Source of the DNA: Octopus vulgaris
Taxonomy: Eukaryota
DNA length: 64,000 bases
Assembly (NCBI GenBank): GCA_951406725.2
Contig: OX597821.1
Location: 3,038,001-3,102,000, forward strand
Direction: 5' to 3'
A program made the position numbers and the translations under genes. The notes beneath the pieces were generated by a model. It was not told where the DNA came from. It was given only the letters and a program-made list of their open reading frames with translations, and searched no databases. This document shows, one piece after another, positions 39,026 through 54,303 of the stretch (positions within the stretch are counted from its first letter, which is position 1; each line of letters opens with the position of its first letter).

Positions 39026-39520
39026 CTAACACATAACTACCATGCAGTGACACTGCTTAGCCTCACAGGTGTAAACAAGTATTCCACTGAGTCTGCAAGC
39101 CAACGCTAGACTAACTGGGAGGATTTAAATTACTTTCTAGTTTCCATAAAGATTGAAAACGAACGATTAATTCTTCACACTGTTCTATGTGGACCTTTGT
39201 ATGTTGATAACGAATTTCTTTTCTAAAATATATAAAACGCATACAAATGAATGAATACATAACTGTATATGTATAGTCGTTGCTCTCAACATGGTGCAAT
39301 GTGAGAAATTATTCATGCAATTTCAATGTATATGGAAACAAGAATCTTATTGAAACCATCCGAGTCTTTATAGCTTAGGTCAACTGGTTCATTGGGATAC
39401 TTGTTTATATCTGTAGCGGTTATGTGTTAGTATTCGTTTTCAAAGGGACATCCATGAGTATGTTAGACACATACACATACATATACGTATGCATATGCAT
39501 ATATTCATATGCACATAGAT

Positions 39521-39583
<63 letters not shown>

Positions 39584-41249
39584 CATATATATATATGCGT
39601 GTCTGTTTAATACATTTATATAGTGTATATATATATATATACAATACATATACATTCATACATTCGTATAAACATATGTAATTTGCACGTGTATACATGG
39701 GATATACATATGTGTACTTACGTATTCAAGTATGCATGTATATCAAAATACATTAGTTTGCATCCATCTCGTTCACATGTATGTGTATATGATACACATG
39801 TATGTGTATCTAAGCATGCGAACTTATCAACTGTTATAGCGAAGTAAAATCAATTAAATATACAATCCATAGTTTCATTTGATTTCTGTATTTTCTTATT
39901 GTTTTATCAAATGATGTCGTTAATTTTGTGATCGTGCTAGTTGTATAGCATTGCTAGTGTTGGTATTTGTGTATTCTGTTACTATTACAGTCTGTATCAA
40001 ACACTTCTCCAGTCATCTTAATGTTTCATGTCTATGATTACAATATTACGTTAAATTTCTATTATACGAATATACACTGAATGATTTGCTTTCGTTGAAA
40101 CACAAAACGCATCCAGGGAAACATATAGAAACACACGTACAGTAATACAATGGTTTCGTAACTATGAAGAGGACACTGCGCCAGACACGTAGCTTGCACA
40201 ATATTTTACTTTAATTTATTGTATTCCTATCACGTTTCTAACATTCTGTTGATACAGGTGAAGTATTAATCTCTAAGAGGACATCAGGGTATATACAAAC
40301 AAAAAGTATAACGATTGCTTAGACGCGACCAATTATATGAAGATTGATGAGAAATGCTATGGTTTACAATGGTGGTATCGGCTTGTCTTATTCAGTGCGA
40401 TTTGAGATTTCCATTTCAATTAATCAAAATAAGAAACTTCTCTGAAATATTGACAATTGTCTACTCTTGGCAATGACGCTCTTTTTATGAAAGGTATTTT
40501 CTTTCACAAATCACTCATTATTACTATACATGTTTAATTCATTAGCGTCTCGTCTTTTTTGTAATTATTTTGACTTTTGTTTCTAATGGCTGCGACAAAT
40601 TTGTTGTATATCTACATTATATATCAGTAATCTTTCTCAGTGGCAGTAACTTTTGAAAGCCAAAGTAGATATATCAATATACCTGCTTTGTTTCCAGAAG
40701 GCTATTATTTGCAGTAAGCTATACAAATTTGTATAGTAACCCAGTAGCAATCTGGACGTCGATAGGGCTGCCACATGATCTTAGATTATTCTCTTGCGGT
40801 CATTATGATTTATATTTATTTTTATTTGTAGCAAATATGATTGTCAGTCAACTACCTGTAGATCTACTATGTATTTAATGAAAGACATATAGGATGCGTG
40901 GTTACATGTTTTCTTATAGAAAACAGACTGTAACTTCCAAGGCAGCCCTTTTCAAGCGGACCTCACAGCGGAGTGCCAGACCCAGTAGAGTTCGTCAGTG
41001 GCCGCTATTGTTTGTGATAGCCCTCTCACATATGCCTTCATTATTAAGGACAGCTGTTACAATTATGACGATTGCGCAAAATTATCACAAGCAGAAAAAA
41101 TCCTCTCGATAATCTACACAAAAATCTAGACGTCATTTATGCTAAAGAAACGTACTTGCACTGTAATGCAAGAAAATTTCATGCACTCTGCTATCATCCA
41201 TTTCTGCTAATACATCTCATCAAATATACTTTGGAATAAAATGTGTGGC

Positions 41250-41800
41250 AACCCCGGAGTCAGACATAGCACGTGATTTGTGGATTGATATAGCAACGAG
41301 CCATTGTTTTATGTACATAAAACCATGATGCTGAGACTTTGCCAGAAAAGTCCCGATGAAATCCGAGAACTAATAGTACAAATAAACGATGCTGCTCAAA
41401 TGAAAGGCATTTTTCATCAGGCGTCTTTACTGCTTTGAAAGACGGTTATCATACCGTGTCAACATAAAAGCAGAGTTACACTCTGGATAGATAACAGGAG
41501 GGATATGAAGTGATATACAAAGTGATAATCGTAGAAAGGCTGGCACCAAATTTTGTCATATGGGACTATAATAACAGAAACCCAAAAACATTACTCTATG
41601 CTCTTCCAAAATTCCAAACTTCCCTCTCCATTGCACGGATTATTCAATGTGATAACTTGTGATTCAATGGCTCACAACTATTTAATATCTTGCCAAAAAT
41701 TACATGAATTTACATGAAGTGGGTTGATGTTTATATCAAGCCCCTTGACCTTCTGATCTTCAGGATCCCAGATGAACATAGATGACGGTAAGGATCTTAA
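41250..41800 (+). mobile_element. Old CR1/L2-group LINE 3' fragment
   Basis: Remnants ERLAPNF, GSQLFNILPK and LDL..RIPDE are colinear with the peptide at 4941-5294. Confidence 0.6.
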
Positions 41801-42372
41801 ACGAACGCAACATGCCTGCATAAAGCGAATAAAAGAATCTTGTTAGGCTTCTGTCTTTCTGTCTGTCTGTATATCTATCTACCTATCTACCTATCTATCT
41901 GTCTATCTATCTTATGTATACATGTACGGATATAGACACATATACTTTTATACTTATATAAAAGACACACAGACACACAGACACACAGACACACACGGAG
42001 ACACACCGACGCACACAGACACACAAATGTTTGTATTTATGCATTGCATATATCTTAAGCTCTCCGTATATATAAGACAATTTCCTGAGCAAATTTCTTT
42101 TAAGTATATATTTTTACGTGTAACTTATTACAAAACAATCGATATTACACTCGCATGAACGGGCAATTTTGATTACTTTCATTTGCTTGATATATCTATA
42201 ATCCAGGAATAAAGAAAATTCCATTCCACACTTCCATAAAATGGAAATCTCCACTCCAAAGCGAATGGAATGAGGCAACACCCATAATAGGTCTATTTTA
42301 ATTATTGCAAAACTGATGAATCCAGTGGCCATATACGTGTTCTTCACCCCGTCAATATATAAAATCCATCAA

Positions 42373-42600
42373 GGCGGCGAGCTGCCAGAAACGTTAGCGC
42401 GCAGGGAGAAATGCTTAGCGGTATTTCATCTGTCTTTACGTTCTGAGTTCAAATTCCGCCGAGGTCGAATTTGCCTTTCATCCTTTCGGGCTCGATGAAT
42501 AAAGTACCAGTTTCGCACTGGGGCCGATGTAATCGACTTAATCCCTTTGTCTGTCTTTGTTTGTCCCCTCTATGTTTAGCCACTTGTGGGCAGTAAATAA
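42373..42600 (+). mobile_element. SINE family A, near full length
   Basis: GGCGGCGAGCTGCCAGAA (A-box-like) ..GAGTTCAAATTCC (B-box-like), conserved core, tail. Confidence 0.9.
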
Positions 42601-43299
42601 ATATATATATTAAATTCATCAACTAATAGCCAATAAATTTCATCTGTCAGGAATTACATTTTCGTGTATTTTATTTCACTTTGCAGAAAATATATTCGTA
42701 AGGTGGATATATCGTGGGAGTTAATCCATAACGAAAAGGCTTCAAAGTAAATTTCTTCACTACATAACAATCCTTAAAAATTCCGTGTCGAGATATTCAG
42801 GAACATTACACAGCAATATACTGGCTAGGTCACAGGAAGCAGCAAACCTGTCATCGTTTATCAGATACTTTTCATATACAGCCAACTTCAACCTTCTTGA
42901 CAGGAACGTACAATCAATAAATTACAAAGCGAGGAGGCTTACATAAGCGAACCAGTGCAGGGAAAATTACATACGCTAAATTACATACACTTAAAACGAA
43001 TATATAAAGGAACACTTTCAGATATGGTAATAAAAGAAATATTTTGGAAAACAATAATTTTATTTGATGGGATATTGTATTTGGCCATTCACCTTTAAAC
43101 AGAAAGTGAACAGAGGCTTACTAATGAAAACTTAAAACTAATATTTATACATGGCACGTTTCCTTACTGCGAGAAGAAAATGCAATTCTAATGAGAATTA
43201 GCTGAAAGCCATAGCATTGAATATATTAGCTTGCGACTCTAACGAAATACTCTACTTTCTCGACTTTTCTAAGAAGACGAATAACACCCATGCCATAAA

Positions 43300-43755
<456 letters not shown>

Positions 43756-43756
43756 G

Positions 43757-45095
43757 TAGTGAAACTATAAAGGATGTCGGAGAGAAAGGATATAAGTACT
43801 TGAAAGAGATAAGATGAATGAACACAAGATGAAAGAAATTTACAGGAAAGAGTATTTGAAGGGAACTCGGCTTGTGCTCCTACTGAAGCTAAATGGGCGC
43901 TATAAGATTAGAACAATTAACACGTGGACAGCTGCATTGATGAGCTATGGGAGCAAGGATAGTATCTTGGAAGAGTTATGAATTACAAGAGAGAGACCAG
44001 AGAACACGTAAATTAATGACAATGAACAAAGAACTACACCCCAAGGGTGATGTGTCAAGATTATATGTAAAGAGAAAAGAAGAAGAACGGAGATCAGTGT
44101 GTTCTGAAGGTTGTGTAAGGGAACAGGAGAACAGCCTGGCTTGGTATGTCAAAGGGAGTAAAGAAGAAATGTTCGAAGCAGTGAAAATGCAGGGAACATT
44201 AAAAGTAAAAGAAGCCGTAGATCCAGCACAATTTAAGACAGACCAAAGAGAGCAAATGAAGAAGATTTGGCAAGAGAAGGAAATGTACAGTCTGTTCTTG
44301 AAGAATAAAAATGAGATTGATTTCAAAAGATCCTGGCAGTGACTGCAGAAAGGAGAATTGAAAGAGCCCACTTAGTCATTAGTGTGCAGCTCTCAAGAGA
44401 AAGCTCTCAGAACAAACTATTCCAAATATCACATTGATAAAGGCACTGACTCGCCACAGAAGGGAGAAAGTATAAACCATATTATTAGTGAGTGTTAAAA
44501 GCTCGCACAACGCGAATATAAAACGAGACACGACAATGTGTCCAGACATATTCATTGGTTTGTGCGGTAAAGCAAACCTCGAAAGAGCCGAACAATGGTA
44601 CGAACACAAGCCAGATGGAGTAATGGAAAACGAACATTACAAAATACTCTGGGACCAAGTCATAGAGGCAAGACGATAAGATATCGTGCTCATCTATAAA
44701 GACGAAAAAAAACTAAAGATAATAGATGTTGCAATACCAGACAATACGAGGGTGAAATGTAAGGAGACAGAAAAGATTGAGAAATACCAGCCACTGCAGG
44801 ACAAGTTAGGAAAGTCATGGTGCAGGAGGAAACAAATGGTAATACAGGTGTTAATTTGAGGATTAGGATCATTTTCCAAGGGCTTTGAAGATTATATTAA
44901 GACTACAGGTGCGGCTGTCTGGCTCGAGGTGATTCGGAAGACAGCATTGTTGTGCACAGCTCGCATTCTAAGGAGAGAATTGTCTCTTTGAGTCACAGAG
45001 GAAGGCTATACTTGAAACATTTCGGTATTTGTTATTGCCTGTTTTCAATTAAAGAATAACCGGTAATTAAGAAATATCCGATAGCTTTTCAGAAT
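43757..45095 (+). mobile_element. R4/Dong-clade non-LTR retrotransposon, degraded 3' part
   Basis: WKSYELQERDQRTRKLMTMNKELHPKGDVSRLYVKR; WYEHKPDGVMENEHYKILWD; IIDVAIP; RKTALLCTARILR; ends in (AAC/AAT)n. Confidence 0.85.
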
Positions 45096-45176
45096 AACAA
45101 CAACAACAACTATAATAATAACAACGATAACAATAATGATAATAACAAAAAACAACAATAATAATAATAACAATAA

Positions 45177-45394
45177 TGGTTTCAAAGTTTTCCACGAGGT
45201 CAGCAATTTTGGGGGAGCTGGACAGTCGATTCCATCGCCCCTCCCAATATTTGATTGATACTTAATTTATCGACCGCGAAACGATGAAAGCCAAAGTCGA
45301 CCTCGGCGGAATTTGAACAAAGAACGTGGCGGCAGACAAAGCACCGCTAAACATTTCCCTCAGAATTCTAACGATTATGCCAACTCCCCACCTT
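45177..45394 (-). mobile_element. SINE family A
   Basis: Antisense AAAGTCGACCTCGGCGGAATTTGAAC. Confidence 0.8.
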
Positions 45395-45401
45395 AATAAT
45401 A

Positions 45402-45480
<79 letters not shown>

Positions 45481-45481
<1 letters not shown>

Positions 45482-46415
45482 GAAACAACAAAAGCTATAA
45501 AACAAATGAAATCCAAACTAAAAATAGAACAGCAACGAACCATGATAAAACGATGGCAAGAAAAGCACCTTCATGGTAAATACTGCACTAAACTAAACGC
45601 AAAAGAAATAGACAAAGAAAAATCCCAGCAATGGTTGAGAAGCTCAGGACTCAAAGCAGGGACAGAGGGATTTTTAATTGCAGCACAAGACCAAAGCCTC
45701 CCACCAGAAATTACCAAAAACATGTAATGAAAAGAAATATTACAAGTAACTGCAGAATATGTAGAGATGGACAAGAAACAATAAACCATATTATCTCTAG
45801 CTGCCCAGTCCTGGCTAAGAAGGAATATATTCACAGACATGACAGAGTTGGAACCTACATACATTGGAAGCTATGCCAACATTATGGAATAACAACAAAA
45901 AAAGATGGTATAGGCACACACCAGAAAAGGTCACAGAAAACGAGAAAGCAACCATACTCTGGGATATGCCGATACACACAGATAGAGAAATTAAGGCCAA
46001 CAAACCAGATATAGTTGTCAGAGACCATGAAGAAAAAATATGTTTTCTAATTGATGTATCAATACCGGCTGATGACAACGTGTCTCTAAAAAAAATGGAG
46101 AAACTCTCAAAATACAAAGACCTGGAAATAGAGGTAACTAGAATGTGGAATCTAAAAACAGAAACAATTCCTATCATAGTAGGTGCATTAGGCATGATAA
46201 AAAAATATTCAGACAAATACATAGCAAAAACACCAGGACTTACAAACACATATAACATACAGAAAATTGCACTACTAGGCACTGCACACATCCTACGCAG
46301 AACACTTTCCATACAATAACCATCATAGCATCACAACAAATCACAGCACATACCAAGGCACACAGAGCTGCGCTCGGTAGTGAAGTGAAAGCACGCTATA
46401 AAAATAAAACTACTG
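45481..46415 (+). mobile_element. Dong family 1, 5'-truncated copy (CCHC plus restriction-like endonuclease) in (TAA)n
   Basis: CRICRDGQETINHIISSC; RHD; ANKPDIVV..LIDVSIP..EKLSKYKDL; 3' end ACTACTG(AAT)n. Confidence 0.93.
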
Positions 46416-46437
46416 AATAATGATAATAATAATAATA

Positions 46438-46996
46438 AAATGCCCTGATGCAGTACCAGGCAGTGGCTCTCATGGTTTCTGATATTAACTGATTGGAAGT
46501 GTTATCATGTACATTGTTTTGTCTTGGTATAAAAGATGGGCTACAGCAAATATTCTGCTCAATACCACAGATTTGCTTGTCAGTTGCTTGACCTTAACCA
46601 GTTGAGCATGTCCCTTAGTGGCTGACGATATGTGCATCTCTGATCACGAGCAGAAGTATTGGGGGAGCATCATAGCCATGTGTTGAGAGGGATTCTTTGG
46701 GGTTTGAATAATTCACCTCTGGAAACATGGGTGGTTCTTTCAACATCCTTAAACAACCCTTATTCAGGGACCTTTTGAGCAGGATGGGCTACTCAACCTG
46801 AAGAAAATTCTAACTGGGCCCCACCTGCAAGGTCATGTGCTGTTTATCTTGATATGAGATCACCATGTCGCTCACATATGGTTGTGATGCATGTGCCTGG
46901 TGTACCCTTATCAGACGGGTAGTCATGATGGGTATATTGGGCTTCGTATATTTTACTCCAGTGTCACTTTAATGGCATGAACTGCTCTCTCACTCA
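46438..46996 (+). mobile_element. Non-coding ~560-bp (TAA)n-inserted element, copy 1
   Basis: Reverse complement of 61162-61676 with identical termini; (AAT)n on both sides; no ORF in the track. Confidence 0.85.
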
Positions 46997-47019
46997 ATAA
47001 TAATAATATCGTTATATAT

Positions 47020-48615
47020 AGACAAATCAGTTCTAACAGAAGTGAAAGCTAGAAAGAAAAATGTAACAATAGCATGGATAAATTATTGGAAAGCCTATGA
47101 TATGATCCCATAATCATTCAGTATACAGACAACATAAGGGAGTTAATTAGAAATGGAATTAGAATGGAAGAAATGGAAAATAGGCCTTTACTCTGGTGAC
47201 ACACTTTTAGGGAAAGATAATACCAAGAGAAGAATTTTTCAGGGGTACTTGTTGTCCCCTTTAATATATGTCATGTGTTTTGATATTAAGGAAGGCAAAG
47301 GCAGAATATCATTTCAGAAATAGTAATGGAAATATTGACCATTTACTATACATGTGTAATCTGAAGTTTTTCTAGTAAGAATGAAAAAGAGATAGATTCC
47401 TCAATGCAGACTGTAAGACTCGTCAGCAAAATATATGCATGGAATTTCGCACAGATGAATGTGCAATATTAGTCTTGAGAAGGGGACAGGGAGTCAACAG
47501 CGAAGGCATCCAATTGCCAGAAGACTAGACATTAAAATCATTAAAATGAGGTGTGAGTTATAAGTATCCAGAAGTATTAGAATCGGACAGAGAACTAACT
47601 ACAGAAATGAAAATGAAAATTCAGAAGGAGTACATAACACGTGTAAGGGAGCTAATGAAACCAAAGCTAAATGGCCCGCATCTAGTGAAGGCTGTAAATA
47701 CTTGGACAGTGTTGTTACTTAGATAATCAGCAGCTTTAGTAGAATGGACGAAAGCTTAATTAGCAAAGATAGAAGAAATAGGAAGGAACTGAATATGAAT
47801 GGAGGACTTCATCCAGGTGTAGCAATATTATTCTTGCCTAAAAACGAATGCGGAAGAGGGTTAATATCAGTAGACGATTGTGTGGATTTAGCTAGAATAG
47901 ATATAGACTCCTATGTAGGTTATAGGGAAGATAGTTTATTAAAAGCAGCTAGAGTCACCGCAAGACATATGGGAAACCAAAAACACAGACGAAGTTAAAA
48001 ACCAGAAAAAAAGAACCGAAATTGTCTGACTGGCAACAGAAGGAGTCGCATGATAGATTCCCATGGATAGTTGCAGCAAATAGTGGAAGTGAGACATGGC
48101 TCTGGTTGGAGAAAGAAAAATTGAAAATAGAAGCAGAAAGTGTGCTAATAGCTTCACAAGATCAAGCATTGAGGACTAATTAGATGCAAGCAGAGATAGA
48201 CCAAAGCCAAATAAATTCCCACTGTAGATTATACAAATCAAAAAAGTAAAGCGTTACTCATATAATAAGTGAATATAGAATGCTTGCACAGAAAGATTAC
48301 AAAAAATGATATGACACTCTAGGGAGAGCAATTTACTGGGAGTTTGTAGAAAGCTAAGATTTGAACATACTGATAAATGGTATGAACACGATCACCAGTA
48401 AAATACTAGAATGTAAGTGATAAAAGATGCTATGGGACTTTAATATTTAGAATGACAGAGTAATAGAAGCTAGAATGCCTGATTTCGTAGTAGCAGATAA
48501 AGAGAATAGAAAGTGCCGGATAATTGAATTATCAGTCCCAAATAAAAAACTTAAAATGAGAAGTATAGAAAAATAGCAAAGTACCAGGACTTGGCTATTG
48601 AATTACAGAGACTTA
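47020..48615 (+). mobile_element. R4/Dong-clade element, old (RT through RLE)
   Basis: AWINY.KAYDMIP; IFQG.LLSPL; HLLYM; GLHPG..LFLPKNECGRGLISV; KYQDLAIELQRL; many stops. Confidence 0.85.
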
Positions 48616-48704
48616 GCATATCCTTGAAATTGTTACACTAGATATTAACAGATTCAATAATATCTCGGCAAACATTTTCTCCTGAATTATTTGCTCCGTA
48701 TTAA

Positions 48705-48705
48705 A

Positions 48706-48787
<82 letters not shown>

Positions 48788-48807
48788 AATATATATAAAT
48801 ATACATA

Positions 48808-48867
<60 letters not shown>

Positions 48868-48870
48868 TCT
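48705..48870. repeat. (ATCT)n/(TA)n/(TG)n microsatellite
   Basis: Directly visible. Confidence 0.9.
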
Positions 48871-48904
48871 ACCTATGAACATAAGCTTATATAAATATAC
48901 ATTA

Positions 48905-49210
48905 TTTACATTATTTATCTTTGACCGCTATTTGTCCTCATCTCGTTTGTTGTTAACACAAAGCTTCCGCTGATTTACCCTCCGTCCTTCATTAGGTGTC
49001 TTCGGTAAATTTCAAACCTAGGTTCTCATTCTTAAGATATTTTTCGAACCTAGGTTTTTGAAATTTCCCCAAGACACCTGATGAAGAAAGCTGGTGGGTA
49101 TAACAGACGAAACGTTGTGCTAACAACAAACACGATGAGGACAAATATCAGACAAATGTAAATAATATATATAATGTACATAATTCCTCATCTCTTAAAT
49201 ATAGAACTGT
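48905..49210. mobile_element. Inverted PLE pLTR pair (~48929-49025 / ~49046-49148) with degenerate HHRs
   Basis: Plus arm CAC-CTGATGA-..CTG..CAG..-GAAAC-GTT-GTG (49075-49119); decayed inverted copy at 48957-48998; ~20-nt spacer. Confidence 0.75.
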
Positions 49211-49848
49211 ATATATAAATATATATTTATGAGTCTCGGCGCGAATATTTGCATATTTACTTAGGAATGTACGGTATGAGGATCTAGTAGTAATGAGATT
49301 GCACAGGGACTTATAAGTTTCGGCTTTGTTCCTCAATGTTGTTTCGCCATTGTGTTACATCTTAGATATCATTAAGGCAGATTTTTCGCATAATGTCCGC
49401 GGGTATATTGCCCTGAAAAAAGCTGTCTCTCTCGATTTGGAATTTTGCATTGACTTCCGGCCAAATGCAAGGGGCATAAAGTCCAGACAAATGCAAAAGG
49501 TATAACCATACTATGTGTGAGTATCTCGATAAGGAAGAAGATGAGGAAATACGACCTCGATAATATCGACAAGAGATTTCAAAGTTCATTAACAATATTT
49601 GTTTGAAGACTACGTCATTCTGCAACGAAAGATTTCTGACTGAGGAACCTTAATATCATCTATTAAGATGGCCATGATCATACATTTGAATGTAAAAATT
49701 TTAAGGTATATATATATGTATATATATATATATATATATATAAGCTGTTAACATTAAATTATATGCTGATGTACATCTAGTCATATAAATATATATATGT
49801 GTGTGCGTAATACGCAGGTACAGATACACACATATACACATAAAAGTC

Positions 49849-49888
<40 letters not shown>

Positions 49889-49902
49889 TACATACTTATT
49901 TA

Positions 49903-49934
<32 letters not shown>

Positions 49935-51446
49935 CAAATATATATGTGTATATAGTTATAAATATATATTAATATACGTATATATAGATATATATATGCG
50001 TGTGTTTGTGTGTATGTATATATTTATGTGAGGCACATGTGTATATCTGGTATATTTTTAGATACGTATACGTTTTCTTCAGGAGTATAAGTTGAGATGG
50101 CGTAGTTATCAACCTATCAAGTAGAAAAATATTATACACACATTAATGTACCCATTTGCTCAACTTTTAGTTATGGTTAAAATCATTCGTTCGGAACAAA
50201 ATTGAAATACGTTTCTCAAATACGAAACGAAAAACATAATAAAGAACTAAAATGGTAAGTAAAACGAAAATTTTCTATCGAAATTTAGGAAGAAATTCAC
50301 TTGACCAATATACTCTTTAAAATGTTCATTCTTCAAAGTGCATCATGTTGAAAAATATATATAATTTGTGATGAAGTAACTTTTCCATGAATATTAACAC
50401 TATATTGACTTTAAATAAAGTCTGATTTTTCACAAGAGAATGCTCTTCTCGTAACGTCTCACAAAACATATATAAAATAATATAAAAATCGTATTTTCAA
50501 AAAGAATGATAGAAATAAAAGTAAAAACGTAAGAAAAAAATAACAATATATTTAACACAGCCACTAAATACATTTAAAAGCCTGCATCTCAACTAAAGAA
50601 ACACATTTCTAAACATAATACATTAAAAGTAATCTTTAGATATAACGAAAACTATATTGCCATCTCAAGCGTAAATATAGGGTAAGTGAGTTTGTGTAGA
50701 GAGATTACTATTTTAAAATAAGCTTTAAATTATTTGTTAAGAACGAATACATACATACATAGATACATACATACGTGCATACATATATATATATACAAAC
50801 GTACATACATACTTCTGTATAAACATTTATGTGTGTGTGTAAGCGCGTGGACGTGTGTGTGCATGCGTCTGTGTGTGTGCGTGCCAGTGTGAATGTGTGT
50901 ATGTATATTCTTTCGTACATAGACGTATAAATAGAGTTTAAAGAATGTGAAATGATATTCGCAGTAAAACTACCAAATATAACTTTCGTACAGGAGAAAC
51001 ATTAGTATTTGAGGTGTGGTTGAAATGCGTACAAAAATAAAGAGGATAGTAGATTAAACCTTAATCCCAATATCAGCGTTTTAGTTATTTATATACATCT
51101 ATCTCTCTATCTATACACACATACACAGGCACACACACGTATAGTTATATATACTTTCGTATACATATTTTTTATTTTGTACGTTCCACTTGCAAAGCAA
51201 CTCAGTAAATAATATACTGTTAAAAATAAACTTACTATCTTTGAAAATAGTTATTATATTCACCTCATATTATTTTCCCTCTCTTTCTCTCTCCCTCTCC
51301 GCTCTATGTCTATGAAGGAAAGACAGCATATGAAGAAATAATAAAATTTCACGTCATCACTGTGGATGAACGGCGAAATAATCTCACCAGGAAATGAGTT
51401 CTTAGACACATACACGTATCTATCTATGTGCATATATGTATATACA

Positions 51447-51552
<106 letters not shown>

Positions 51553-52035
51553 ATATATATGCATACTTATATGTATATATATGTACTTGATTGGTGGATG
51601 AATTGTTTATAAATATTAAAACAAAATTTTACTAAACGGTGATATTCTAATCTCTCACGCTATTTTCCAGTATTCTTTCTAATACCTCGGAGGTAAAATG
51701 ATTTAAAAATTTATGAATTAATAATCATTTGATATTGTTTCAAAGCAAACTTTAAGCAAACATAAAACATACATATTTATAAAAATATATCCTTAATTTC
51801 CCTCTTTTAGATTTAGGCATCTAAAACTTTTTGTTCAATATTTTTCGGAATATTTTCTTGAATAATACTCATCAGAAATATTTTAACGAGGTCCCGTTAG
51901 CAAAATATTAAGGAAAGTAAGTATTAAAGAAGTAAGTATCAAAAAAGTTTTAATTCCGTCTTATCTTCAAAACAACAAAAACTCATGAAATGCAGGCATG
52001 ATTGTATGTATATGTACATATGTGTATATGTATGA

Positions 52036-52088
<53 letters not shown>

Positions 52089-52108
52089 AATATCTATCTA
52101 TCTATCTA

Positions 52109-52143
<35 letters not shown>

Positions 52144-52408
52144 ATTCCTCTGTCTCTCTGTATATGTATATGTATAGGCAAATATGCATCGTATATATAT
52201 ATTATATATAGTTCAGTATGGTGGAGATATTCTCCCTTTAAATATTTACATTACATATAAAATATATTAACTGAACAATTACCCAGAAGCCTACACGCAG
52301 CTACATACACATTGATATACTACACCCAAATCCCTTAATACACATGAACCCATATTTGAATAACCTGTATTGGACATATGATCTTGCAATCTAGATCAAT
52401 ATATGCAC

Positions 52409-52444
<36 letters not shown>

Positions 52445-52519
52445 CTGTATATGTATACATCTGTATATATGTATGTGTATATATATGTGTACGTGTATGT
52501 GTATATGTGTATATATGTG

Positions 52520-52580
<61 letters not shown>

Positions 52581-52824
52581 ACCTGTATTTATATGTACAT
52601 ATGTGTCGAGATATACATATGTCAACATCATTATCGGTGAGCATTTGCGTTTATTATAGCCGTATGTATATATTAATGTGATTTTGTGTATACGTGTAGA
52701 CGGACGTGTGCTTATATAAGTATATGCATACATATATGTATGCGTATGTCTGTGTATGTGTATATGTATGTATATATACGCGTGTATACATGAGTTCCTA
52801 TACATCTCTCTCTCTCTCTCTCCC

Positions 52825-52883
<59 letters not shown>

Positions 52884-53302
52884 GTATATATATACATAGA
52901 AATGTATATATATATATATGTATGTATGTATTTGTCTATCCGTATGCGTATGTGCACGTATCTAGTTGTATGTATATACCTATATACGAGGATGTGCATG
53001 TGTGAGCGTGTATATATATATATGTATATATATGTGTATCTATATATGTGTAGGTGCGTATAATTACGAATACAAAAAAATCATGTAATTATTATCTTCC
53101 TTTCAACTTCAACTTCCTTTTCTTTATCTTAACAGTTACAACAGTGTTGGCTCATTAGGTCATTTTCTCTACACTAGAATGTACAATTTTTACGTTCATA
53201 TTTGAACATGTCGCATTTCAATTTCTCGCTCTTATACTTATAGCGGTACGTAAAATCTTATCAGAAAACCTCTCGCGAGACTTTATTTTTCCTTTTGTTT
53301 AT

Positions 53303-53344
53303 GTACCCGAAGAGACCAAGAACGTTTCGAAACATGTATCGTAC
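53303..53344 (+). ncRNA. Degenerate hammerhead motif (CCGAAGA core)
   Basis: GTAC-CCGAAGA-GAC..GTTTC-GAAAC-AT-GTA-tc-GTAC within a TA-flanked insert (~53060-53500). Confidence 0.45.
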
Positions 53345-53616
53345 CAAATAAAATCTTTTACTCATTCTATCCATCTATATTATTAATACCGTTACCTCAA
53401 CCGCCACTACGAAGTTCGTACAATAAATATAATCTACGGATATCAACAGGCAATCGATACTGTGCAGGTGTATTTGTACATTTTGTATAATTTCTCCATT
53501 ATATATACATATATATATATATATAATTGTCAATTTAATTATATTTATATATAATTATCAATTGATTTATATGTATGTGTATATATATACATATATGTAT
53601 ATATATATATATGCTT

Positions 53617-53724
<108 letters not shown>

Positions 53725-54076
53725 CAAAATGCAAACAAGGGACAAGAACACACGCAAATCATCCAGACAGTTAGGTGATACAAAAAAGGGACAACAAAAC
53801 ATCCACACTGAAGATACAAGGAAATAATGACGAGTCATTCTGTGTTTTCTTTCGTCAGTCGAGTACCAGATGATCTTTGCAATTTTATCTTGTTATTCCC
53901 CAGATTGCCCCAATACGGCCATCACCAAAGAAAAATTAAGTTAAGCGCATTATATTCCTTGGAAGAAAGCAGTAGATGCATACGAAAAGAAGGACGGAAA
54001 CCAAAAACGGAGAAAGGTTACACGAATACAAATGCAGTTAACTGGACATAACAACAGGTGTCTTTCGACTAAAGAC

Positions 54077-54080
<4 letters not shown>
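53725..54080 (-). mobile_element. (TA)n-associated repeat family D, copy 2
   Basis: Diverged reverse-complement homology to 36310-36725; pure TA tracts on both sides. Confidence 0.6.
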
Positions 54081-54134
<54 letters not shown>

Positions 54135-54303
54135 CATAGAGTGAGAGAGTGAAATAGAGGGATGAATAGATATATGATGAAATATACATGTATACATCTA
54201 GGTCAATAAAATACATGCATATCAAATATTTTCGATAGAATCCGTTTTCCCCAACCCGAAAACTTCATGCCTAGTGCTTACAGCAATAAGAGCTTATTAT
54301 TAC

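Noticed and set aside
42900-43100. Open frame after a TTGACAG acceptor-like site
   Set aside because: No recognisable domain; length is compatible with chance.
49280-49650. Higher-complexity segment with short ORFs on both strands
   Set aside because: No motif recognised; could be an exon or TE debris; BLASTX needed.
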